Shown: positions 12,645-24,024 of the stretch, in pieces
Layout of the letters: each line of letters opens with the position of its first letter
Position numbering within the stretch: the first letter of the stretch is position 1
Assembly (NCBI GenBank): GCA_964016885.1
Contig: OZ024742.1
Span: 66,216,001 to 66,280,000 of the forward strand
Length of the DNA: 64,000 nt
Reading direction: 5' to 3'
Source of the DNA: Eledone cirrhosa
Taxonomy: Eukaryota
The notes under the pieces: model-generated
Database searches by the model: none
Seen by the model: the letters and a program-made list of their open reading frames with translations, nothing else
Told to the model about the DNA's origin: nothing
Program-made: the position numbers and the translations under genes

Positions 12645-13690
12645 AGAGAGAGTGAGTCGGTTTCTAACATAGATACAAAACTCTCTCATTAGAATTTAAA
12701 CAACATCAACGAGGTAGATATGTATGCATGTGTGTGCAGGTATGGATGGTAATGTATGTTTGGATGAGTGTGTTTTAAGATATATATGTGCATGTGCATA
12801 TGCTTTGTATCTGTACATGTATATGCAGTTATTAGATGTAGAATTTTTGAAATGTTTTACATATTGTTAGTTCCATTAATGGATTGTACTTGTAATTTCC
12901 TAACTTTCTGTTTCTGTGAAGCCTAGCTTCACAAGTTTTGTATTGAGGCAGTTACTAATATAGACCAATGCCCCAATAGGTATAAATCTGAAGGTGTAAT
13001 CAGGGTGGAGTATCTGCAGATTTCTCATTATTTCTGCATAGCTATTCTTCTTTTCACGAATCTTTAATATTATATTGGCATCTACTGGGCAGTTATCTTC
13101 TACCACAGTGAATGCCTTCTTTTCAATGTCCCATATGATTATATTTGGTCTGTTATGTTTGCATTTTATTGAGGTTTTGACTGGAACAATCCACCGCAAC
13201 ACTTTCATATAATGTGTGTATGTTTCTTCCACATTGCTTTAAATTTTAATGTGTTTATAGTCGGGTCTATCTTTTTTACGGATTGCATTGTAAAGTGTTT
13301 TGGCCACTACATCATGCCTCACAGGTAGATAGTACCGCGATGACATCTTTGTACATCTGCTTATGACATGGGTGACATCTTCGATGTTAATTCTGGTTTT
13401 ATTGTTCGCAGAAAGTTCCGATGACCATATTTCTTTTAATCTGGTGTAATATTCCCTAGTTATGCGTTCCTTATTACAAATACCATTATAAGATATATTC
13501 TCATCTATTCCCATGTATCTGTAGCAGGCCTTGTCAGATATAGGTGAAACAGTTAGACCATTGATAAAAATGTTGTTAGATTGGGTTGTAGTTTTTCCTC
13601 GCTTTACAATCATATATGAACATTTATCCTGACCAAATTCCATATATCTTTCGAGAACGTCGTAACAAAGTCAAGTTCTTTCTTCATCCC
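12645..13690 (-). mobile_element. Second, internally deleted copy of the RLE family seen at 1-1003
   Basis: ORFs 13239-13643 (MEFGQDKC, YRYMG, SSRYYLPVRHD) and 12900-13232 (HNRPNI, MRNLQILHPDY), plus a homologous 3' UTR. Confidence 0.8.
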
Positions 13691-13870
13691 ATTTGTGTTA
13701 TTGGCATAGAGTTTCAGGTCACCCACAAAGAAATTATGAGTTAGGTTTGTATTCCTATCCTTCTATGTGCCAATTATGTATCCTTCATAAGCCGAATGTA
13801 TGTGTGTATGTAAGTATATACACACACATACACACACTCACGCACGCACACACACACACAGACCCCCCCC

Positions 13871-13913
<43 letters not shown>

Positions 13914-14879
13914 ATACTTGGGGAGGGTCATATTTGTGTAATATTGCCAGAATTAATAACAGAACACACTCACTGTTTGGTTGGTTTTCGCTTTTCGCTT
14001 CTGTGTCTTTTATATCGGTAATTTAATTTATTCGGTCCTCAATGTTGCCATTGACTGACCGACGGTCAAAAATAATACAGATACAATATAGACACAAACA
14101 CATATATATAGTTTATCATAAATCTTTCGTTGCACATCTGCAACATCGTCACTGGTTTTTATTGTTTCCTCCCGTTACATTGTATGTCTACGCCATTTTA
14201 ATTTAGTCTGTCTATATATATATATATACATACACTTATATACGCATATACACTTACATACACACACACACATGAATACATATGTGTGTGTTTATATATA
14301 TACAAATGTTTTGTTCAAGGTCTATATGGATGTTAAATGCCTTGTTGTTGTAATTCATTTTATGTTTAATCACAATGTCTTGTGAGCATAGTGAGATTGA
14401 ATCCTGGTTTATAGCATCCACATGAACCTAGAAACAAACAACGTTGAACCTTGTGTAACTGATCGATAATCAATTACCCAAATCCCCCGTGTTAAAATTA
14501 ATACATAGATTCTGCTTTTGCTTATAGTTCTGATATCGGTAGTACATCTATAAGTGAAATTAGTGAAACAGAGAAAGCGCATTCTCTTAATTGTTTTCAA
14601 TAAAAGCACTGTATGCAATAGTTACGATTCTATTACATGTGTTTGCTATTTTATGAGTTATATGTATCTACATACTTATATCCCAGTAGGATTGTCCTCT
14701 TAATTTGTACTCAGTTTGATACGACCACCTACCCGTTGGCTGCATTTCATTGCGTTCAACATTTTGCACTTCATTAGGCAATGCGTTCTGGTTAACCTTT
14801 ACGATATTTGCATTTTGAAAATGGGCTATAATTAGATAATGCAAGTTATTTGTAACAAACGTTCAAAATAATTTATATG

Positions 14880-15345
14880 CAATATTAAATTCTCTAGCAC
14901 AAGTCAAGAAATGTGTAGGGAGAGAAATGTCCATTATATTAATTTTCATACTTAAGTGGTATCTATTTATTTGACCGCAGGTAGATGAAAGGGAATATGA
15001 ACCTTATTAGAATTTGATCTCAGAACGTAATGGTTGGTAAGTAAATATCTAACGCCAATTATTTCGACGCTCTACTGATTCGCTCAAGTAATACCAATAT
15101 CTATGGTAATGCCCAATCTCACATAAACAAGACCTTTGTAATAATTTCCAAATTAAGGACAATCTAGACAATTTTTTGATGAAGGGAAACGTTGATTAAA
15201 TCAACCGCACTACTTAACTGGTACTTTAATTTATCGACCTGGAAGGATGAAAGGCAAAATTGACCGCAATAGGATTTGAATTCAGAATGCAATGAACCAG
15301 AATAAATACTGCAATGACATTTTATTCGATGTTCTATCGTTTCTC
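14880..15345 (-). mobile_element. Two older, degenerate SINE copies
   Basis: Core GGTACTTTAATTTATCGACC..GGATGAAAGGCAAA..GATTTGAATTCAG at ~15220-15285, with a weaker match at ~14955-15025. Confidence 0.65.
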
Positions 15346-15752
15346 CTTTATACTAACTCATATCATCATTGATCATACGCGATATCCCTTCTTCCAACCA
15401 CACATAACACCCTTCCCTTCCATCTCTCTCACTCTCTGTCTTACCCCCTCGTTCTGGTAAATTTCCCTATAATCTAACTTCTCTCTACCTATATAATATA
15501 CTTCGAAATAAACAGACATCGCAGTTAGCCATTATTCTTCCATTGATTGATTCATTCAACCCTCTCACCTGCCACTCCTGACATAATTTTCTTTGGTGGT
15601 GATGGTGGTGGCTTCATTTCCTTCTTCGTAGTCAGCCTGTCTGACTCTTTCTGTTTGTCTTTATTTCATTGCTTCATTTTTTCACTTTCTCTCATTTTGT
15701 TTGATCGTTTGTTTGATTCCTTCTTTCTGTTTTTCTTTCTTTCATTATGTAG

Positions 15753-16318
15753 AGTGGATTGGCAGTATCAGTAGAGGGTCGGACGTCATGCTTTCCAGCA
15801 TAGTTACGTCCCTTTACGATCTGAGTTCAAATCCCACCGTGGTTGACTTTGCCTTTCATCCTTACGGGGTCGATAAAATAAAGTACCAGTAATACACTGG
15901 GATAATTGCTGGCCTTGTGCCTAAAGTAGAAACAATTATGTAGAGAGTCGGACTCCATGCTTTGTAGAATAGAGTTACGCCCCTTTATGATCTGATTTCA
16001 AATCCCGCAGAGGTTTACTTTGCCTTTCATCCTTACGGGGTCGATAAAATAAAGTACCAGTAATGCACTGGGTAATTGCTGGCCTTGTGCAAAAGTAGAT
16101 ACAATTATTTATTTATTTATTTTGGCAGCATCGCTAGAGCATCAAACACCATGCTTTGCAGCATAGAGTTACGGGCCTTTACGTTCTGAGTTCAACGTTA
16201 GCTTTGCTTTTCATCCTTACGCGGTCGATAAAATAAAGTACCAGTAAAGCTCGGAGTCGATTTAATCTTTCAATCCCCTTCAAATTACTGGCCTTGTGCC
16301 TAAAGTAGAAATCATAAT
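15753..16318 (+). mobile_element. Three head-to-tail SINE copies
   Basis: The core GTCGATAAAATAAAGTACCAG recurs at ~15870, ~16040 and ~16224, each followed by a CCTTGTGC..AAAGTAGA tail. Confidence 0.85.
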
Positions 16319-16901
16319 TTCTTTCCTTCTTTCTTTCTTTCTTTCTCTTTCAATCTTCTTTCCTTACTCCTTTGCTTTCTGTCATTCATTTTCCTCTTTC
16401 TTCGTCTCTCTCTTCTTTCATTTATTATTTTTATTTACTCATTTTACTAAACTTTTTGTATTTTTTCTTTCTATCTTTCGTTCTTTCTTTCTCTCTTTCT
16501 TTCTTTCTTTATTTCTTTCTCTCGTTCTTTTCTTTTGTCTTTATGTCTTTTCTACTCTTATTCGGACGGTACAGTTTAATTTCATTTTTCTCTAATTTCT
16601 GTTCCTCATTTTGATTCTATCATTCTACCTTCACTCATTCTTGTTCTTTATTTCACTCTCGATTTCTCGATTACCATTCTTTGTTTGTCACTTTCTATTG
16701 ATATATTTATCTTTCTATTCTTTTTGCCCTGTTGTTCTACATCACTTTCTTTCTCTACTCTGTCTCGTATTTTTTAAATTTTGCTGTCTATATTTCATTT
16801 AACTTTTTTATCCTTTATTTTTGGCTTCAGTTTTCTGCGTTTTTCTTCCCCTTTTCCTGTTTTCCGCTTATCATTTCATCATTTATGTATCAAAATAATA
16901 A

Positions 16902-17290
16902 TTGTTTCTACTTTTGGCTCAATGCCAGCAATTACCCAGTGTATTACTGATACTTTATTTTATCGACCCCGTAAGGATGAAAGGCAAAGTTAACCTCGGC
17001 GGGATTTGAACTCAGAATGGCATGGGCCGTAACTCTATGCGTCAAAGCATGGCGTCCGACCTTCTACCGATACTGCCAATTCACCGCCCTCAAAATAATA
17101 ATGATTTCTGATTTAGTCACAACACCAACAATTTGAGGGAGGGGAAAGTCGATGAAATCAAACCCTGTGCTTTACTAGTGCTCTATGTTATCGACCATGT
17201 AAGGATGAAAGATAAATCTAACCTCGGCGGGATTTGAACACAGAAACCAAAGGGCCGTGACTCGACCCATATTGCCATCCATCGCTCTAA
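16902..17290 (-). mobile_element. Two SINE copies
   Basis: Same core and B box on the minus strand (16902-17090 and 17105-17290). Confidence 0.8.
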
Positions 17291-19377
17291 TAATTTCTAA
17301 CATTTGCCAGAAGGGCACAAACAGGATTTTGACGAAGTACGGACGAGAGATATAAGAACATGTAATTTTCTAAATATGAAGTGAAAATAAAACAAAACAA
17401 TGTGTATAGAAAATTATCAATAATAACAACCCCCAAAATGACTCTAACAGCTCTCTAGGACCAGTCAAAGAAACTCCTCAAAACTTGACTCAACCCGTAC
17501 TCCAAGAAAAAGTACTTTCTCTTATGGAACATCAACCAGTCTATATATATGCATATTTATATATACATATGCATATATATATATATTTATATATATATAT
17601 ACATACATACACACATACACACACACATCCACACACACACATATATATGAAGGATTTGGGAGCCCGACGGGTGAGCTCCGGCCGTTTCATCAGCTAGATC
17701 CGGACTGCTTTCCTTCATATTACTCACTCTACTACACCAAGTATCGAATGTTCTGATGAGTAATGGTCTAACTGGTTTTTACTGCATCCATTCTGATTTA
17801 TGTATATATGTATACATATCCATACTTTTGATTTTGTGACTTTGTTTGAATTCACAAGGAGAAAATAGTCAATATTATAGTAGGCTATAAATATTTAATC
17901 ACAGAGTACAGCAATGCATATATCACTTCTTTTTACGATTGAAAGGCTTGCATATTATGAAACATGATCCCCAGCTTAGTTATGTATATAAAGATACATA
18001 TACGACATAAATATACGCACAACACAGTCAAACATACAGGCACATCACTCTCACACACACCATATATACTTATATATACTACTATCTGTATGTATAGTTA
18101 CAGTTATTAAATTTACTTCCTGTATTTACAACGCTATAAAAGACTGCTAAATGTAAAATGGTGATTGTGTGCTCTATTGGCATTCTATTAACTAGTTTCG
18201 ATAAACATTTTACGAGCGACATTACAAGTATAATGTGGTTGATTATATCGCTTATGGTAAAAGATACCTTTAGTCAGAACTCTTTAAATCAATCCGTCGG
18301 AGATGGAAGTGGCAAGTTAATGTTATTGTTTCATTGTTTATATGTGTAGAGAATTGAGAACGTATGATACTAGATATATAGAAATTGTTTGATTTCTATC
18401 TGATGAATACTATATGTCTATTATTCATATATATATATATATATATATAATAGTGATTCAGTCATATTACATTCACAGGGAAAGATACAATTATAGGTTT
18501 AATAGACATATATTTAGCTTCGCCTTGAAATTAGTTGCCATAGTTGAACCAAATCTCGCTCAGCAACCAAGGAGATTTATTGGGTTAATTTATTAGTCTC
18601 GGAATTTTGAAAGCTATTTTCAGAATTCGTTTTCTTACTTCCTTTGACTGATTACAGATTTCAAATACACATAAAGTGAGTTTGTTTATAAATTACATGA
18701 ACAATATCAATTATTCAATGTCATTTTTTACTCCACATATTAAAAATATGATACGCTTTCAAATATATTTTCTCCGTGTAGACGCACGATACATATTTTC
18801 ATTCAGCATAAGTATCCGATTAATTTCCATTATTGTTGATAGATAACTGTTATCACTAATTTATCAGAATTGTAACCACGATTTATCTAGGAAGGAGTTT
18901 ATTTTTATGCTTATCGACTATTGTCTATATAACATAATTGTAGCTATCAAAATGGATAACGAGAACCTATGGGAACTTCCAAATAAATCTAAATTATACT
19001 TTTTGCTGGTTTAGGATGAGGAATACAACGGGCACTTCCACATCAACATCTAAAAAATCTATCAATGGTTAATAAAGTATTAGAATTACTTCCAATTTCG
19101 GGGGTGTTCCTCTGTGAATTCGAAAATCTACACTGAATTTGGGAGAGCTTAAGGATTGTATAGAGGGAAAAGCAAGATACATAGATTCAGCATTACTGGT
19201 TATTCCTAATTTATTTAAAATTAACCATCTTTTATCATGTTGTATTATATATACACCGTCCACCATGTATTGAACATGCGTATCCTCACATTATTTTGCT
19301 ACTTTCTTACAACATGATTTGTATTATATGTTTAGTAACTTTTTACCCTCTAAAGAATTAGCGTTGTTGTTGTTGTT

Positions 19378-19392
19378 ATAATAATAATAATG

Positions 19393-19439
<47 letters not shown>

Positions 19440-19441
19440 TA
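19378..19441. repeat. (TAA)n tract, left boundary of the retroelement cluster
   Basis: Directly visible. Confidence 0.9.
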
Positions 19442-22400
19442 GGGAAGAAGACGCACGAGGTGACGGAGGTCATGAAATCGCTCCCGTAAGTTTTGAATTT
19501 TTAACATATTTAAATCATTTGTGAAATAACAACTCTTAGTACAAATGCTACGTAAAGCACCCGGCTTGAGCCCCAAAAAATTCGGACCCAAAATATATTG
19601 TTATAAGGCTCAAATATTCAAATATTCAACTTTGTACTGTACACTGTATATCCCCCCAAAAAATGGCTATAAATGGAAGAAGAAGACCCCCCCCCCCCCC
19701 TCCTCTCCTCTGGCTACACTATATAGGACAGCTAAACTCACCAACACCAGAAACTAGATACACCACCCACCCCATCATCTGTGTACACTAAACACAACAG
19801 CATTTTCACCTCCACCGCCACCGCTCACTACGGCCATCATTACCACCACTATCCCATCACCGCCGCCACCACCCCTTGACTCCTTCACTGCTGCTGCCAC
19901 CGCTACAGCACCATCACTACAGTAATACGGTCGCATCACCGCCACCACTGCCTCGGTATCGACATCACCACCACCACTGTCTCAGTATCGCCAACGCCGC
20001 CCTCTCCCACTTCTCCCTGCTGGCTGCTACTACTCCCACATTATAGAATCCCTACTACTAACAAAGAGGAAGGCATCAAAATATATAGATAGACTCAAAA
20101 GAAAAAAGAAAAAACAAACAACAAAACCAAAGCAGCACAGCAACAACAGCAAAAAACGAGAAAAACAAACAGAGAAAAACAAAAACAAAAAAAGAAACCC
20201 CCAAAACGTAAAGAAAATAAGAATGAAGAGAGAAGCAGGCGGACGGACAGAGAAGAGGGGGGAAAAAGTAAAACTTAAAAAACAAAAACTAAGTCAGACA
20301 TTCGAATACTACATTACAATGAAACTTATGCTTATTCATTTTTGGGGCCCTTTCTGCCCGTGTGTTTGTTTGTTTATGTGTGTTCGTATACAGCGTCGTG
20401 ATAATGCCACACAAGGGCCAAGTGGGATGGCGGATCCACAGATGGCTATGTAAACATACATTCGCCAATCCTCGATAAGAGTGTTTAAATATCGAACATA
20501 AACAGTTCGAATAACGGTGAAATGGAGACTAGAACGTCATGTGACAGACTCTCACCCAACAGGTGCCCCCTGGCTCAGCAGCAGGAACCTGACTGTCAAC
20601 CAAATACTGCTGATGTTGGAGGAAGAAGAAGAAAGAAAGGGGCCAGAACCAACTGGACGAAAGAATTGAATAGAACTGTTATGCAATGCTACCTGAAAAG
20701 TAACCCCAAGGAGAGGGGCTACAGGAGACGGATGCATAACATCTGGAACGAGATTGGTTTATTTAAATTAGATGAACAAAAATTGGCCGGGCAGGCTCGG
20801 GTAATAAGAACTAATGGGTGGATAAGCGAGCTGGAACTGGAGGAACTGAGCAGAGAGAATGGCTTGGAGATGGCGGGTGTAGTATGCCAGACAAGCGAGC
20901 CGGTGGGAAATGAATGTGAGGAGATCCTGAGAACGGAGGAACCACCCGAAGCAGACAATGATCTGAATACTGAGATAAATAATACCTGGAACAGAGATAC
21001 GGCCACTGAGGAGATGAATGCTGACGGGCTAGGACAAGATTCGGTTGACATCCTAAATCTAGTGGTAGATGAATTGAACAATGATAGTGGGAGACCTATG
21101 AACCTAAGATTTGTAGACAGGAAAAAGTTAAAAGAAACAACAGCTAAGGTAAACAAAGTCATCCCATACCTTGAGGCGAGGAGTCTTCACCAGTGCAACA
21201 ATATCCTCAAAGCAACAGCAAATACGGTGAGGAAACTACTTGGTATAAAAGCGAGAGGAAACAACAGACAAGAAAGAGCAGAGCCGTGGTGGAAGAAGCG
21301 ACTGAGTGGGCAAATCGGGGAAATGAGAAATGACATAGGAAAGCTTGAGTCACTACTGAATGGGACACTAAAAAACATAGGCACTAAACATAGACTGGAA
21401 ATAAAATACAAAACTAGGAGTAAAAAGCTAAATATTATCATAGAGGAATTGAAGCAACGCATTGTAGCAAAGAGTGCCAAAATCAGGCGATACGAGAACA
21501 GAGTCAGTCAGTATAAACAGAACCGCATGTTCGACAACAACCAGAAGATGCTGTTTGGACAGCTTGAGGGGAAAGAAAGAGGCAACGACTTGATCCCTTG
21601 GGCGGAACAAGCTAAAACATTCTGGAGAGGAATATGGGAGCAGGATGTCAGACACAATGCCCAGGCAGGGTGGATTGAGACAGTACAGAGGGAGATCGGT
21701 GAGAAGGCACAACAACAGACTGATTTGAGTGTCACAGTTGAAACTCTTAAGGAGCAAGCCAAAAAACTAACCAACTGGAAATCACCAGGCCCAGATGGTG
21801 TGCAGGGGTATTGGATTAAACATTTAACATCCCTCCACCCGAAGCTGACGGCCATGTTCAATGACTGCTTGGTGTCGGGTGAGGTGCCAGAGTGGTTGAC
21901 AAAAGGTACCACAGTTCTGATAATGAAAGACCGAATCAAGGGTAATGATGTTACCAACTATAGACCTATCACATGTCTGCCCGTAATGTGGAAACTGTTG
22001 ACGAGCATTGTGTCTGAGGAAATCTACCATCACCTCCACACAAACAACTTGTTACCGGACGAACAGAAAGGATGCCGAAAGAAGTCACATGGTACAAAGG
22101 ACCAGTTGCTTATTGATAAGATGGTAATGGGGAATTGCAGGAGGAGACACACTGATCTTGCCATGGGATGGATAGACTACAGAAAGGCATTTGACATGGT
22201 GCCTCATTCCTGGATCACCAAAAGCCTGGAGGTCTTCAGGGTGGCAGATAACATCAGACAGTTGCTGGGCAGGAGTATGGGGTCCTGGGAGACAGAGTTG
22301 ACATCAACTGGAGTATCCTTGGGAAGCGTGAAGATCAAGAGAGGTATCTTCCAGGGAGATAGCCTGTCCCCTCTGTTGTTTGTCCTTGCCCTGATGCCCT

Positions 22401-23990
22401 TGACCATTATGCTGCGAAAAGTGAGAGCAGGATACAAGTTGGGAAGGGGAGAGCTTACCATCAATCACCTCCTCTTCATGGACGATCTTAAGCTCTTCGG
22501 GAAAAGTGAGAAGGAGTTGGATGTGCTTGTTGACACTGTCCGTATTTTCAGCAGTGATATATGTATGCAGTTTGGTATTGGTAAATGTGGAGTCATTGTG
22601 ATGAAGAGGGGTAGGTTGAGCAGAAGTAACGGGATCCAGATACCAACAGGTGAGATGATAAAGGAAATTGACTCTGAGGAAGGATACAAGTATTTGGGCG
22701 TTCTGGAGGCTGATGTCATAAAGAACAAAAAAATGAAGGAATTGTTAAGAACTGAATACATTCGGAGAGTAAGGAGCGTATTGAAGTCACATCTGAACAG
22801 CAGAAATGCCATAAGCGCAGTAAATTCCCGAGCTGTGTCTATTATTAGGTACAGTGCGGGAATTCTGAGATGGAATGTTGCTGAACAAAAAGAAATGGAT
22901 AGGAAGACTAGGAAGCTATTGACTATCTACAACATGTTCCACAAGAGGAGTGATGTCGATAGACTCTACCTAAGGAGATCTGAGGGTGGAAGAGGTCTTA
23001 TCAGCATAGAGGACTGTGTTCAGATGGAGAAAAACAACCTATACAAATACGTGACCTATAGTAAGGAGCCAATGCTCAGAACTGTACTGAAGGAGGGGAC
23101 AGTAGGCCAGGGGATGTCCAAGGAGGAAATAACATCAAGGAGGAAGAGCAGCCTTAAGGGAAAATCCCTTCATAGTACCTTCTTTGAGAAAACTGAACTT
23201 AGAGATCCACAGACATGGAACTGGTTGAGAAGAGGAGACCTCAAAAAGGCTACAGAAGGAATTCTAATGGCTGCGCAGGAGCAGGCCCTCAAAACGAAGT
23301 GGTTGAAGCACCATATCTACAAGGAGGAGGCTAGCCCACTGTGCAGGATCTGTGGAGAGAGAGAGGAGACTGTGGCTCACATTGTGTCCGAGTGTAAACA
23401 CCTAGCCCAGACCCACTATAAGGGCTGGAGACACGATGTGATGGGCAGGGTGATCCACTGGCACCTGTGCAAAGTAAACAATCTACCACATTCTGAGAAA
23501 TGGTATGAGCATAGGCCAGAGGCGGTGATGGAGAACAGTCAGGTGAAGGTGCTGTGGGATTTTAGGATACAGACGGACAAAAAACTGGAACACAATAGAC
23601 CTGACCTGGTGGTTGTGGACAAAGAAAAAAGATCGTGCCTGATTGTGGATGTGGCCTGCCCGTTCGACACGAGAGTGCAAGAGAAGGAGAGGGAGAAACT
23701 TAACCGATACCAGGACCTAAAGTGGGAGGTGAAAAGGATTTGGAACTGCCATGAAGTCAAAGTGATCCCGATTGTCATAGGCGCACTGGGGACTATCTCC
23801 AAAGGTTTCCAGGGATGGTTAAAGAAAATCGGCCCCTTCACGCTTTTTGGAACGCTTCAAAAGGCATGCTTGCTTGGAACAGCAAGAACCCTCCGATACG
23901 TCCTGAATATCTGAGGCTGCAGGTCGTGGCTTGATATTCAATGCAACGGACTTTCCAGTTAACCAACATCAATGACTGAGATTCAAGGAA
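19442..23990 (+). mobile_element. Apparently full-length R4/Dong-clade non-LTR retrotransposon in (TAA)n
   Basis: Single intact RT-RLE ORF and a short 3' UTR followed by TAACAATAAC(AAT)n. The 5' end is inferred from the upstream (TAA)n tract, so the ~1.1 kb leader assignment is less certain. Confidence 0.85.
20522..23914 (+). CDS. R4/Dong-type reverse transcriptase with restriction-like endonuclease, 1130 aa, uninterrupted
   Basis: Motifs KSPGPDG, YRPITCL, DYRKAFD, QGDSLSP, LFMDD, YKYLG, CRICGEREETVAHIVSEC, RHD and RPD..DVACP. Confidence 0.95.
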   Translation: METRTSCDRLSPNRCPLAQQQEPDCQPNTADVGGRRRKKGARTNWTKELNRTVMQCYLKSNPKERGYRRRMHNIWNEIGLFKLDEQKLAGQARVIRTNGWISELELEELSRENGLEMAGVVCQTSEPVGNECEEILRTEEPPEADNDLNTEINNTWNRDTATEEMNADGLGQDSVDILNLVVDELNNDSGRPMNLRFVDRKKLKETTAKVNKVIPYLEARSLHQCNNILKATANTVRKLLGIKARGNNRQERAEPWWKKRLSGQIGEMRNDIGKLESLLNGTLKNIGTKHRLEIKYKTRSKKLNIIIEELKQRIVAKSAKIRRYENRVSQYKQNRMFDNNQKMLFGQLEGKERGNDLIPWAEQAKTFWRGIWEQDVRHNAQAGWIETVQREIGEKAQQQTDLSVTVETLKEQAKKLTNWKSPGPDGVQGYWIKHLTSLHPKLTAMFNDCLVSGEVPEWLTKGTTVLIMKDRIKGNDVTNYRPITCLPVMWKLLTSIVSEEIYHHLHTNNLLPDEQKGCRKKSHGTKDQLLIDKMVMGNCRRRHTDLAMGWIDYRKAFDMVPHSWITKSLEVFRVADNIRQLLGRSMGSWETELTSTGVSLGSVKIKRGIFQGDSLSPLLFVLALMPLTIMLRKVRAGYKLGRGELTINHLLFMDDLKLFGKSEKELDVLVDTVRIFSSDICMQFGIGKCGVIVMKRGRLSRSNGIQIPTGEMIKEIDSEEGYKYLGVLEADVIKNKKMKELLRTEYIRRVRSVLKSHLNSRNAISAVNSRAVSIIRYSAGILRWNVAEQKEMDRKTRKLLTIYNMFHKRSDVDRLYLRRSEGGRGLISIEDCVQMEKNNLYKYVTYSKEPMLRTVLKEGTVGQGMSKEEITSRRKSSLKGKSLHSTFFEKTELRDPQTWNWLRRGDLKKATEGILMAAQEQALKTKWLKHHIYKEEASPLCRICGEREETVAHIVSECKHLAQTHYKGWRHDVMGRVIHWHLCKVNNLPHSEKWYEHRPEAVMENSQVKVLWDFRIQTDKKLEHNRPDLVVVDKEKRSCLIVDVACPFDTRVQEKEREKLNRYQDLKWEVKRIWNCHEVKVIPIVIGALGTISKGFQGWLKKIGPFTLFGTLQKACLLGTARTLRYVLNI

Positions 23991-24024
23991 TAACAATAAC
24001 AATAATAATAATAATAATAATAAT

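Noticed and set aside
15753-16318. tRNA genes or a CRISPR-like array
   Set aside because: These are tandem SINEs with a B box; there is no cloverleaf and there are no unique spacers.
20340-20450. Possible HDV-like ribozyme in the Dong leader
   Set aside because: Only a simple GGCCCTT/AAGGGCC pairing is visible; I could not build the nested pseudoknot.
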